Assembly: GCA_965213685.1 (NCBI GenBank)
Contig: CBDBZY010000013.1
Coordinates: 32,001 to 96,000, forward strand
DNA: 64,000 bases
Direction of reading: 5' to 3'
DNA from: a bacterium
GTDB taxonomy: Bacteria > UBA8248
Part shown: positions 38,762 to 48,111 of the stretch, piece by piece
Layout: each line of letters begins with the position of its first letter
Position numbering within the stretch: position 1 is the stretch's first letter
Notes under the pieces: model-generated
What the model saw: only the letters and a program-made list of their open reading frames with translations
Databases searched by the model: none
What the model was told of the DNA's origin: nothing
Translations under genes and position numbers: made by a program

Positions 38762-39343
38762 ATGATGGGCTTTATGGCGACTCCACCCGATGAGGTTCTC
38801 AGGCGCCTCGGCGTGCATACCCCGTTGTATGCGGCGAGTGCAGAGGGAATTTTCGCCGTTCTGAACGATCCGGAGAAGGGTCATTTTTTTGCGGTGGACC
38901 GCGGGAGCGGCAATTTCCGCTGGCGGGTCGAGAACGCCTCGGGCTGGGTCATCGCGCCTCCGCTCATCTGGGAGGATCTGTATATCGTGGGCACAAGCCG
39001 GGTGGAGATGAAGCGCGAGGAGGAGGAGGGCGGGCCGTTCGCCACGGTGGACTGGAAGCGGGGAGGCTCGGTGTATGCCTTCGCCGCTGCGGATGGTGCC
39101 GTGCGATTTTGGGATGACAAATCCGGGGTGGTGCGGGAGACGCCCCGGATAGAGGACGGCGTCTTGATCGTGGAGGGCGAAATTCGGGCGGGCGGCTTTC
39201 GGGACGAGGCGCCGTGGTCTTCCTCTGCCCATGTGGAGAGCCGCTTTTCGCTGACGAACCGGCGCCTCATCGCCCGCCGCGCCCGGGGAGACGTTCCCCC
39301 CGGATATTTTCAGGGCGAGGCGCCGCCGGCGGAGTGGACCTGA
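38762..39343 (+). CDS. Hypothetical protein with PQQ-like beta-propeller repeats
   Basis: FFAVDRGSGNFRW and VYAFAAADGAVRFW repeats. Confidence 0.55.
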   Translation: MMGFMATPPDEVLRRLGVHTPLYAASAEGIFAVLNDPEKGHFFAVDRGSGNFRWRVENASGWVIAPPLIWEDLYIVGTSRVEMKREEEEGGPFATVDWKRGGSVYAFAAADGAVRFWDDKSGVVRETPRIEDGVLIVEGEIRAGGFRDEAPWSSSAHVESRFSLTNRRLIARRARGDVPPGYFQGEAPPAEWT

Positions 39344-39348
39344 TGCGC

Positions 39349-40227
39349 TCACCCCTTTTTTTGTAGCTCCTTTGCCATACGCATCGCGTTTTGCTCCACG
39401 AGGCCGGAGCGTAGCCAAAGGCGGTATTCGTCCATGTGCACGTGCGGGGCCGCCTTCGCCGGGGTTTCGTGCTTCTTCAGGGCGGCGGCGGTGCGGGAGC
39501 GCAGTTTGGTCATGTAGCCCCGGAACTCGTCCCATGCGTCCGGGGCGGGCCGGCTCGGAATGGGCCCGTGGCCGGGGACGAGATGGTCGGCGGGAAATTT
39601 CTTGAGCCTGGGAATCGCGTCTATCCAGTTGCCGAAATGGCCCAGCCTGGCCACCGGGTGGGTCCGGTAGTCGAGAAGGTCGCCGGTGAACAGAATTTTC
39701 TCCTCCGGCATCCACACGATGGTATCTCCTTTCGTGTGGCAATGGCCGATGTGAATCATCTCGAAGGATCGTCCGCCGTATCGGATGGAGATTTTCCCCT
39801 CAAACGTCACCATGGGCGGGGCGACGCGCAGTTTGCCAATCAGGTGCTCGACCTTTTGCGGCCTGCCCGCCATTTGCTTCACCCAGATGCCCTCGTTCTC
39901 CTCGCGCTCCATCTCGAGGCGCACGCTCTCCTCGCCGACGGAGACGGCCCCGCGCCTGTGGTAGTAGCCGTTGTCCGAGGTGTGGTCGAAATTGTGATGG
40001 GTGTTGAGGACCAGCCCGGGGGATTTCCGGACGATCTCCTTCATGCCCGCCACGAAACTTTTCCGTATCCGGATGTCGTTGTCCACGATGACGGGCTTCT
40101 CGTCCGTGAGGACGAGGCCGAAATTCGTCGCGCCGTCTCCCCCGACGAATACGTGCACCCCCTCCGCGATTCGGGTGAACCCTCGGGTTTTCGCCGCGCC
40201 GGGCAGCGCCTTTGCCTGGGGAGCCAT
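39349..40227 (-). CDS. MBL-fold metallo-hydrolase (cyclase-like)
   Basis: NTHHNFDH, HTKGD, FTGDL, VPGHG. Confidence 0.9.
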   Translation of the reverse strand: MAPQAKALPGAAKTRGFTRIAEGVHVFVGGDGATNFGLVLTDEKPVIVDNDIRIRKSFVAGMKEIVRKSPGLVLNTHHNFDHTSDNGYYHRRGAVSVGEESVRLEMEREENEGIWVKQMAGRPQKVEHLIGKLRVAPPMVTFEGKISIRYGGRSFEMIHIGHCHTKGDTIVWMPEEKILFTGDLLDYRTHPVARLGHFGNWIDAIPRLKKFPADHLVPGHGPIPSRPAPDAWDEFRGYMTKLRSRTAAALKKHETPAKAAPHVHMDEYRLWLRSGLVEQNAMRMAKELQKKG

Positions 40228-40361
40228 CGTTTTCTCCTTGCGTGGGCGTCCATGATGACGATATCGTGGCGGGCATCCAGACCAAGAAGGTATCAAAGCG
40301 CCCCGGAAGCGACAACGTCGGGCCGTGAAGCCGCATCTACGGGCATCTACGGGAGGAGAGG

Positions 40362-41570
40362 ATGCACCCATATTCCGCTTTCATTGGCCTGGAGTGCTCG
40401 AGAACGGGAGAGCGGTTTCCGCCTGGCCGCCTGATGAACCTGAGCCCCGCCGGCGCGCCGCTGTTGGCGCGATATGACGCCGAGGCCGCATCCAGGACGC
40501 TGGATATGCGGAACATGGCCTCCCGTCCCCCTTCCATGTGGCGTTACCACGAGATGCTTCCGGCCCCCGATGAAGACGCCGTCGTCACGCTGGGCGAGGG
40601 CATGACGCCCCTGCTCGAAATGCCGCGCCTTCAAAAGGCGCTGGGCTTCTCGCGCCTGCGGATGAAGGACGAGGGGCTGAACCCGACGGGGAGCTTCAAG
40701 TCGAGGGGGTTGTCCGCCGCCATCACGATGGCGCGCCGCCTCGGGGTGCGGAAAATCGCCATTCCCACGGCGGGGAACGCGGGCGGAGCGGCGGCGGCGT
40801 ACGCCGCGCGGGCGGGGATTCGGGCGTCGGTGTTTGTTCCGGAGCAGGCCCCGGGCGTGCACAAGGTGGAGTGCGCTCTGGCGGGGGCCGACGTGACCGT
40901 GGTGCGCGGCTACATTCACCATTGCGCGGAGATCGTGGCGGCGAGAACGCCGGCGGAGGGGTGGTTCGATTTGTCCACGTTCAAGGAGCCATACCGCGCC
41001 GAGGGCAAAAAAACGATGGCGTATGAACTCGTGGAGCAATCCGGCGGCGAGGTGCCCGACGTGATTCTCTACCCCACCGGCGGCGGGACGGGGCTGGTGG
41101 CGATGTGGCGCGCTTTTGGCGAACTGGAGGCGCTGGGCTGGATAGACGGGAGGAGGCCCCGTATGATCTGCGTACAGGCGGAGGGTTGCGCTCCGCTCGT
41201 GCGGGCGTATGAGAGGGGAGAGGACGCCTCCTCCGCATGGGAGAACCCCACGACGGCGGTCTCCGGTTTGCGGGCACCGCAGGTTCTGGCGGATTTTTTG
41301 TGCCTGCGCGCCATCCGGGAAAGCGGCGGGACGGCGGTCGCCGTCTCGGACGAGATGATGTGGGAAGCCCAGAGAATGGCGGGCGCGTCCGAGGGGACGC
41401 TCATTTGCCCGGAGGGCGGCGCGTGCGTCGCGGCCCTGGGCGTCTTGCGGGAGCGGGGCGACGTCGGGCGCGATGAGCGCATCGTCGCGTTCAACACGGC
41501 CACGGGCCTGAAATACGCGGATATGATAGAAGCGGACGTTCCCGCCATCGATTCGATTTCAGCGAGCTGA
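40362..41570 (+). CDS. thrC: Threonine synthase (PLP fold II)
   Basis: TLGEGMTPL, NPTGSFKSRG, PTAGNAG, EPYRAEGKKT, PTGGG, CPEG, TGLKY. Confidence 0.88.
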   Translation: MHPYSAFIGLECSRTGERFPPGRLMNLSPAGAPLLARYDAEAASRTLDMRNMASRPPSMWRYHEMLPAPDEDAVVTLGEGMTPLLEMPRLQKALGFSRLRMKDEGLNPTGSFKSRGLSAAITMARRLGVRKIAIPTAGNAGGAAAAYAARAGIRASVFVPEQAPGVHKVECALAGADVTVVRGYIHHCAEIVAARTPAEGWFDLSTFKEPYRAEGKKTMAYELVEQSGGEVPDVILYPTGGGTGLVAMWRAFGELEALGWIDGRRPRMICVQAEGCAPLVRAYERGEDASSAWENPTTAVSGLRAPQVLADFLCLRAIRESGGTAVAVSDEMMWEAQRMAGASEGTLICPEGGACVAALGVLRERGDVGRDERIVAFNTATGLKYADMIEADVPAIDSISAS

Positions 41571-41576
41571 GGGAAA

Positions 41577-42005
41577 ATGATTGAAATCACGAGGCGCGAG
41601 GAATTCTCCGCGGCCCATCGGCTGTTTCGCCCCGGGTGGAGCGACGCGCAAAATGAGGCCATGTACGGAAAATGCGCCAATCCGCATTATCATGGACACA
41701 ATTATGTCCTGGAGGTGACCCTGCGCGGCCCCGTGCATCCCGAGACGGGAATGGCCCATGATCTCGCCGCTCTCAAGAGCCTCGTGAGACGGGAGGTCGT
41801 GGAGGTGCTGGACCACAAAAACCTGAACGAGGACGCGGCGGGGTTCATGAAAAACCGGATACCGACGGCGGAGAACATCGCGGTTTCGATTTGGGAGCGT
41901 CTGGCCGGGCACCTGGAGGGGGGGCTTCTTTTTCGCGTCCGCCTGTATGAGAACGAGCGGAATTTCGTGGATTATTACGGAGAGGACTCCGATGGGATTC
42001 GGTGA
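41577..42005 (+). CDS. 6-pyruvoyl-tetrahydropterin synthase family protein (PTPS-II-type motif)
   Basis: FSAAHRL, CANPHYHGHNY, LDHKNLN, PTAENIA, LYE. Confidence 0.92.
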   Translation: MIEITRREEFSAAHRLFRPGWSDAQNEAMYGKCANPHYHGHNYVLEVTLRGPVHPETGMAHDLAALKSLVRREVVEVLDHKNLNEDAAGFMKNRIPTAENIAVSIWERLAGHLEGGLLFRVRLYENERNFVDYYGEDSDGIR

Positions 42006-42723
42006 GCCCGGGCATCTGCGAAACAGGCGGGTTGTCCTCACCGGGGCTTCCCGGGGAATAGGCCGCGCGAGTGCGCTTCGCCTGGCGAAAGCGGGCGCGC
42101 GGGTGCTCGCCGTCTCGAGGGACGCCGAGGCCCTGGCGCGGCTGGCGTTTGACTCGAAAGGCTGCGTGGGGCGGATTTTCCCGCACGTCTGCGACGTGAC
42201 GGAAGCCGACGAGGTCGAGGCCCTCGCGGAGATGGCCGAGAAGCGGCTGTCGGGCGTGGACGCCCTGATAAACAACGCGGGCGCGGGCGTTTTCAAGGAC
42301 GTGGAAAGCCTCTCGGCCGATGAGTTCCACGCCACGCTCTCGGTGTGCCTCACCGCGCCCTTCCTGCTGACGCGGGCGCTTTGCCCCATGCTCGGGGCGG
42401 CGCGGGGCGAGGTCATCAACATATCCTCGATCGGCGCGGTGTCGGGTTTCCCGGGAGCGTCGGCGTATTGCGCCGCGAAAGCCGGCCTGGAGGGATTGTC
42501 CAGGGCGCTGGCGGAGGAGCTGCGGCCCAGGGGAATACGGCTCACCGTGGTTCGGCCCGGCGCCTGCGCGACGGATATGTGGAAGTCCATCCCGGGGGAG
42601 TTCGACATGGACGACATGATTCCACCGGACCTGGTGGCGGAATCCATAGAGTTTCTGGTCTCCCAATCGCGGAGGGCCTGGACGGAATTGATGGTGGTTC
42701 TCCCGCCGAAGGGCACGATCTAG
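41992..42723 (+). CDS. SDR family oxidoreductase
   Basis: TGASRGIG, NNAG, ISS, YCAAK; overlaps the PTPS gene. Confidence 0.92.
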   Translation: MGFGEPGHLRNRRVVLTGASRGIGRASALRLAKAGARVLAVSRDAEALARLAFDSKGCVGRIFPHVCDVTEADEVEALAEMAEKRLSGVDALINNAGAGVFKDVESLSADEFHATLSVCLTAPFLLTRALCPMLGAARGEVINISSIGAVSGFPGASAYCAAKAGLEGLSRALAEELRPRGIRLTVVRPGACATDMWKSIPGEFDMDDMIPPDLVAESIEFLVSQSRRAWTELMVVLPPKGTI

Positions 42724-42834
42724 GCGATTCGGCGCGGCCGCGCGCAGGGGAATCGGGGGACTCCCGCTCCCGCCCATCGCCGCCGGAGGACGCCGGGAGT
42801 TGCCTGTTCACATTTCATTCAGGAGGTTTGGCAG

Positions 42835-43134
42835 TTGAGCGTTCTTCGATACGAAAACCTGGATGTGGAGTATGACATAGAAGTCGGCGATTCCATCCTG
42901 GACGCGGACCTGGAAAACGACGTTGACCACACCAGCGATTGCGGCGGGAATTGCGCCTGCTCCACATGCAAGGTGACAGTGGTGTCAGGCGCCGATATCC
43001 TCTCCGCACAGGGGGAGGATGAAAGGGACACGCTGGACGCCTATGGGTGGAATCCGGATGAGTATCGCCTGGCTTGCCAATGCGTCGTCGAGGGGGAGGG
43101 CCGCATCGTCCTGAGTATGCCGGAGCCCGAATAG
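42835..43134 (+). CDS. [2Fe-2S] ferredoxin (adrenodoxin/ISC type)
   Basis: CGGNCACSTC...RLACQ; RBS AGGAGG. Confidence 0.92.
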   Translation: MSVLRYENLDVEYDIEVGDSILDADLENDVDHTSDCGGNCACSTCKVTVVSGADILSAQGEDERDTLDAYGWNPDEYRLACQCVVEGEGRIVLSMPEPE

Positions 43135-43137
43135 GGG

Positions 43138-43782
43138 TCAGCGCGCACCCGCTTTGTCCCAGGCGCGAAGCACCGCCCCGAAATCCACCACCCCCTCCCG
43201 GAGGAGTTCCGGTTTTTCTCCCCTCGCGTCCACCACCGTGGAAGGAGAGGAGCCCTCCCGTTCTCCGCCGTCCAGAACGAGCGTTATCCGGTTCCGGAAT
43301 CGGGCGGCGATCTCCCGTGCGCTCCGGAGCGCAGGTGCCCCGGGGGGGTTCGCGCTCGTCGCCGCGAACGGTCCTGCGCGCATGGCCAACGCCCGGCAAA
43401 GCGCGAGGGCGGGCATCCGGACGGCGACGCTCGGGCCGCCCTCGGAGAGTCGGGGGGAGAGTTCGGGGCGCGCGGGGAGAACCAGGGTCAGTCCCGAAGG
43501 CCACAGGGAGTCCATCAGGCGCGCCGCGCCCGGCGAGACGCGGCCCGCCAGGCTTTGGAGCTGGGCGCGGTGCCCGATGAGCACAGGGGCGCCTTTTTCC
43601 TCTTCTCTCCCCTTCGTTTCGTAGAGCTTCTCGATGGCTTCCGCGTCGAGGGCGCGGGCACACAACCCGTAAATCGTGTCCGTCGGCAGCGCGATGACGC
43701 GCCCGCCCGCCAGCTCTTGCGCAGCCCGCCGAATCGCCTCCTCTTCCGGGGAGTCGGGGTTCACCGCCAGGATTCTCGTCAC
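43138..43782 (-). CDS. tsaC: L-threonylcarbamoyladenylate synthase
   Basis: PTDTIYGL, KGR, AVRMP, ATSAN, PSTVVD. Confidence 0.93.
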   Translation of the reverse strand: MTRILAVNPDSPEEEAIRRAAQELAGGRVIALPTDTIYGLCARALDAEAIEKLYETKGREEEKGAPVLIGHRAQLQSLAGRVSPGAARLMDSLWPSGLTLVLPARPELSPRLSEGGPSVAVRMPALALCRALAMRAGPFAATSANPPGAPALRSAREIAARFRNRITLVLDGGEREGSSPSTVVDARGEKPELLREGVVDFGAVLRAWDKAGAR

Positions 43783-43785
43783 CGC

Positions 43786-44421
43786 CTATTTTTTCCGATA
43801 CGTTCTTTTGGCGCGGCTTCGCTTTGGTCTGGGCTTTTTCTCCGCGTCTTTTCTGGCGCCCTCCGCCGGGCCGTTCGGTTCGTCTTTGGGCGCCGGGTCG
43901 GGCGGAGGCGGGGAGGCGGCCTCCAGCTGGAGGGCTTCGTCGGCGGCCAGCACCTTCTCGGTTTGCTGCTGCGCGAAGCGGCGGTATTCCTTCGCCAGCT
44001 TGGAGTCGGTCAGGGCGAGTATCCGCGCGGCGTGCAGGGCCGCGTTCCTGGCGCCGGCGGCGCCAATTCCCATGGTCGCCACGGGAATGCCGGGGGGCAT
44101 CTGGACCGTCGAGAGAAGGGAGTCGAGGCCGCCGAGCGAGGAGCTGTTGATGGGGACGCCTATCACCGGCAGATCGGTGAGGGCGCCGACCACGCCCGCT
44201 AGGTGCGCGGACATGCCCGCTCCGGCGATGAGCACGCGGATTCCGCGCTCGGGCGCCGTCTTCACGTATTCATGAATGGCGTCCGGCGTCCGGTGGGCCG
44301 ACAGAATTCTCGTCTCGGAAGGAATCTGGAAAATCTCGAGTGCCTTGGCGGCTTCTTCCATGACGGGTTTGTCCGATGCGCTTCCCATCAGTATCCCCAC
44401 TTGGGGTGCTCTTGTGGCCAA
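43786..44421 (-). CDS. purE: N5-CAIR mutase
   Basis: MGSASD, SAHRTP, AGAGMSAHL, QMPPGIPVAT; low-complexity C-terminal tail. Confidence 0.96.
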   Translation of the reverse strand: MATRAPQVGILMGSASDKPVMEEAAKALEIFQIPSETRILSAHRTPDAIHEYVKTAPERGIRVLIAGAGMSAHLAGVVGALTDLPVIGVPINSSSLGGLDSLLSTVQMPPGIPVATMGIGAAGARNAALHAARILALTDSKLAKEYRRFAQQQTEKVLAADEALQLEAASPPPPDPAPKDEPNGPAEGARKDAEKKPRPKRSRAKRTYRKK

Positions 44422-44436
44422 AGGGTTCTCCTCTTC

Positions 44437-44826
44437 TTATTGGGGGATGAATGCCAGCAGCTCGATTTCGAGTTTCGCGCCCGCGATGATTCCGGACGCC
44501 TGAAACGTCGTTCGCGCCGGCGGATCTTCTGTCCCGAAGTACTCCTCGAACACGGCGTTCATCTCCTGCAGCTCCGCCAGGTCCTCCATGAAGATGGTGA
44601 CTTTTACGGCGTTTTTCAAGGATGTGCCCCCCGCCTCGCACACCGCCTTGAGGTTCTCGATGATCTGGCGCGTCTGCTCGGCGGCACCGCCCGGCACCAG
44701 CTCTCCCGTCGCGGGGTCGATGGGCAGTTGCCCGGAGCAGTGGAGCCACTCTCCGATGCGGATGGCTTGGGACAGCGGCACCTTGCCCGAGGCGGCCTTG
44801 TCCGTATGAACGACTGTTTTTTTCAT
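44437..44826 (-). CDS. RidA/Rid family enamine deaminase
   Basis: SQAI, SGQLP, VKVTIF, MNAVF, PPART, EIE. Confidence 0.92.
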   Translation of the reverse strand: MKKTVVHTDKAASGKVPLSQAIRIGEWLHCSGQLPIDPATGELVPGGAAEQTRQIIENLKAVCEAGGTSLKNAVKVTIFMEDLAELQEMNAVFEEYFGTEDPPARTTFQASGIIAGAKLEIELLAFIPQ

Positions 44827-45206
44827 GCGCTCTCCCGCGTGTCGAAAAACGATGGTCCACCCGAAGGCGGAGCGTCTCCCGGCGGATGCGAACACAAAGG
44901 ACGCCCTCCGGATAGCTTTCCCGCTACCGCGCCATCCCCGTCAAGCCCAAAGGGGGGCCAAAGGCCTCCCCTCCAATATCCCACAGAAACCGCCCGCGAT
45001 AAACACTTGCGGCCCACATGTCGGCGGAAGGCGCGCTTTCTCCCGGGAAGGCCGTTCACGGGGCGCACGCTCCTTTTTTTGGGGGAGGGGGGGGCGTCGG
45101 GCGATTTGTCGCGGCGCGTCCAGCGGGGATATGGATGGTTCAAAAACGGCGGGGGCGGGTGCTACAATGAGCCGCGTGGCGAAAGCGGCGAGGAGGGGAG
45201 CGCGTC

Positions 45207-46646
45207 TTGGAGAAAAATTTGTTTGATTCGCCGGAGGATGGTCGGAGAGGCTCCCGGGAGGCGCCGCCGGCCCGCGCGCCCCTGGCCGAGCGGATGCGGC
45301 CGGGGACGCTCGACGAGGTGTTGGGGCAAGAGCATCTGATCGGGCAGGGCCGCGTGCTCAGGCGCGCCGTGGAGGAGGACGCCTTGCGCCCGCTCATTTT
45401 CTGGGGGCCGCCCGGAACCGGGAAGACGACCCTGGCGCGCATCATCGCTCGGAGGACGAACGCGCACTTCATCACGCTGAGCGCGGTGCTTCACGGGGTG
45501 AAGGAGCTGCGCGCCTCGGTGGATGCGGCGCGGCGCATGGCGCGCAGGAACGTCCGGACGATATTGTTCGTCGACGAGATCCATCGCTTCAACAAGGCCC
45601 AGCAGGACGGCCTCCTGCCGCACGTGGAAGACGGCACGGTGATCCTGATTGGCGCGACGACGGAGAACCCCTCTTTCGAGGTGATCGCCCCCCTCCTCTC
45701 CCGCGCGCGCGTGTTCGTGCTCGAGAGGCTGGAGGCGTCCCATCTCGTCGCACTACTGCGCCGCGCCCTGGGGGACGGCGAACGGGGTTTGGGGGGGATG
45801 GGCCTCGATGTGGAGGATGACGCCCTGGGCCGCATCGCGACGATGAGCGGCGGGGACGCGAGGACTGCGCTCAACATTCTGGAGGCGGCCGCCGCCCTCG
45901 CCGGCGCGCGCCGCCGAATCGACGCCCGGCTGGCCGGGGAGGCGGCCCAGCGCAAGACGCCGCTGTACGACAAATCGGGCGAGGAGCACTACAACCTCAT
46001 CTCGGCGCTTCACAAGACGATGCGGGCCTCGGACCCGGACGCCGCGCTCTATTGGCTCGCGCGGATGCTCGAGGGCGGAGAGGACCCCATGTACATATTG
46101 CGGCGCCTGGTGCGGTTCGCCTCCGAGGATGTCGGCATGGCGGACCCGCGCGCGCTGGGCGTGGCGACGGCCGCGCAGCAGGCCTTCCATTTCATCGGCC
46201 CGCCCGAGGGGAGGCTCGCCATCGCGCAGGCGGTGGTCTATCTTGCGCAGGCTCCCAAGAGCGACGCGGTGTATCGCGGTTTCGGTGCTGCCGAGCGCGC
46301 CGCCCGCGAGCACGAGGCGCTGCCCGTTCCCCATCATTTGCGAAACGCGCCGACCGGACTGACGCGGGAGCTGGGCTATGGCGCGGGCTACCAGCACGCG
46401 CATCAGTTTGACGACGCGGTCGTGGAGATGGAGGGAATGCCGAAGGGCCTGCAGGGGCGCCGGTTTTACCGCCCCACCTCCCGGGGATATGAGGCGGAAG
46501 TCCGGAAGAGACTCGCCAGGCGGGAGGAGATATTGAACGAGCGCATAGGCGAACGCCTGGGCGTGCCCGATGAGGCGTCCCTCGACGACAGGCGCCCGGC
46601 CGACCCCGCCATGCCGGGGAGAAGGGGCAGGCGGAAGGACAAGTGA
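45207..46646 (+). CDS. rarA: Replication-associated recombination protein A
   Basis: PLAERMRP, GPPGTGKT, DEIHRFNKAQQD, ATTENP, ISALHK, ASEDVG, HLRNAPT. Confidence 0.96.
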   Translation: MEKNLFDSPEDGRRGSREAPPARAPLAERMRPGTLDEVLGQEHLIGQGRVLRRAVEEDALRPLIFWGPPGTGKTTLARIIARRTNAHFITLSAVLHGVKELRASVDAARRMARRNVRTILFVDEIHRFNKAQQDGLLPHVEDGTVILIGATTENPSFEVIAPLLSRARVFVLERLEASHLVALLRRALGDGERGLGGMGLDVEDDALGRIATMSGGDARTALNILEAAAALAGARRRIDARLAGEAAQRKTPLYDKSGEEHYNLISALHKTMRASDPDAALYWLARMLEGGEDPMYILRRLVRFASEDVGMADPRALGVATAAQQAFHFIGPPEGRLAIAQAVVYLAQAPKSDAVYRGFGAAERAAREHEALPVPHHLRNAPTGLTRELGYGAGYQHAHQFDDAVVEMEGMPKGLQGRRFYRPTSRGYEAEVRKRLARREEILNERIGERLGVPDEASLDDRRPADPAMPGRRGRRKDK

Positions 46647-46772
46647 TGCGACGACACGCCCCGCGCGCGCATGGTCTGCAAGGGCGCTCTTCCTGAAAAA
46701 GGCTTGGGACGCGGGGTCGCGCCACAGCCTGCGAATCGCAAAAGACGAGCGTTTTTGATAATGCGGTAACCA

Positions 46773-47189
46773 TTGAAAATCGACCGGTTTGACCACATGG
46801 TTTTCACGGTGCGGGATGTCGAGCGCACGTGCGCGTTCTATCGCCGCGTTCTCGGGATGGAGGTGATCTCTTTCGGCGCGGGTCGCCGCGCGCTCCGGTT
46901 CGGGAACCAGAAGATCAACCTGCACTTGGCGGGAGAGGAGCTCGCACCCCGGGCGGACGTCCCCGCTCCAGGCTCCGGGGACGTGTGCCTGATCGCGAAA
47001 ACGGACCTGGACGAGGCGATGGCGCACGTCCGGGGCTGCGGGGTGGACATCATCGAAGGCCCGTGCGAGAAGAGCGGGGCTGCGGGGCCCATTCTTTCCT
47101 TTTATTTTCGGGACCCCGACGGGAACCTCATCGAGGTGTCCCGCTACGCGGACGAGCCGGGGGACGACCCGTCCCGCCGCGCTTCCTGA
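46773..47189 (+). CDS. VOC family protein
   Basis: DHMVFTV, FY..LGM, QKINLH, YFRDPDGNLIE. Confidence 0.92.
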   Translation: MKIDRFDHMVFTVRDVERTCAFYRRVLGMEVISFGAGRRALRFGNQKINLHLAGEELAPRADVPAPGSGDVCLIAKTDLDEAMAHVRGCGVDIIEGPCEKSGAAGPILSFYFRDPDGNLIEVSRYADEPGDDPSRRAS

Positions 47190-47192
47190 AGC

Positions 47193-48056
47193 CTAGCCGA
47201 TGCGTTCTGTCCCGGCCTCCTCCTCTCCGTGATACACCGCTTTCGCCTTGAGCAAATCCTCCATCACCATGCGCTTGTCCCGCGGATTTCTGAGCAAATA
47301 CGCGGGATGATAGGTCGGGAGGCAGGGGATTCCCTGGTAGCGCCCGAATTTCCCCCGGATTCTGCCGATGGGCGTCTTTGTCCGGAGCAGCCACTGCGCG
47401 GCGAATTTGCCCAGCGCCAGGATGAGTTTGGGCCGAATGATGGCGAGCTGCTTGTGGAGGTAGGGCTCGCAGCAGGCGATCTCATCGGGTTCGGGGTTGC
47501 GGTTGCCCGGCGGGCGGCATTTCAGGATGTTGCAGATATACACCTCCTGGCGGGGCGCTTCAATGACGTTTTCAATCATTTTCGTGAGCATCTGGCCCGC
47601 CCGCCCCACGAAGGGGACGCCCTCCGCGTCTTCGCTGGCCCCCGGAGCCTCGCCCACGATGACGAGGTTCGCGTTCGGGTTGCCCACCCCGAATACGAGG
47701 TTCGTCCGCCCCTCCCCCAGCTTGCAGCGCAGGCAGCCGTCCACGGCGGCGCGCAGCGCATCGAGCGTCATGTCGGCGTCCGGCGCGAAGGGCAGCGGAG
47801 GCGGCTCCGGCCCTCGGCTTCCGCGCCTCCCCATGGGGATCAAAGCGGGTTCCGGGCCGGCGGGCGGGATCAGGGATGGTTGCCCGGGGCTTCGCCCGGC
47901 TTCGGGTTCCGCCGCGCGGGGCGCCTCGGCCGCCGTGCGGATGGGAGCGGAGGCGGATTGTCGGGGAGCGCGCAGGCTCACGTAGCGTACGCCCGCGGCT
48001 TGCAGGCTTCGCAGATGCGTCAGTATTCCCTGGCGGAGGTCTTCGCGATCGCTCAT
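47193..48056 (-). CDS. Uracil-DNA glycosylase family 4
   Basis: CLRCKL, VGEAPG, PFVGRAG, KCRPPGNR, HPAYLLR. Confidence 0.94.
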   Translation of the reverse strand: MSDREDLRQGILTHLRSLQAAGVRYVSLRAPRQSASAPIRTAAEAPRAAEPEAGRSPGQPSLIPPAGPEPALIPMGRRGSRGPEPPPLPFAPDADMTLDALRAAVDGCLRCKLGEGRTNLVFGVGNPNANLVIVGEAPGASEDAEGVPFVGRAGQMLTKMIENVIEAPRQEVYICNILKCRPPGNRNPEPDEIACCEPYLHKQLAIIRPKLILALGKFAAQWLLRTKTPIGRIRGKFGRYQGIPCLPTYHPAYLLRNPRDKRMVMEDLLKAKAVYHGEEEAGTERIG

Positions 48057-48111
48057 CGTTTTCACCGGCGCGCGCGGCGGAAAATGGGTTTATTAATGGG
48101 GTTTCATGGGC

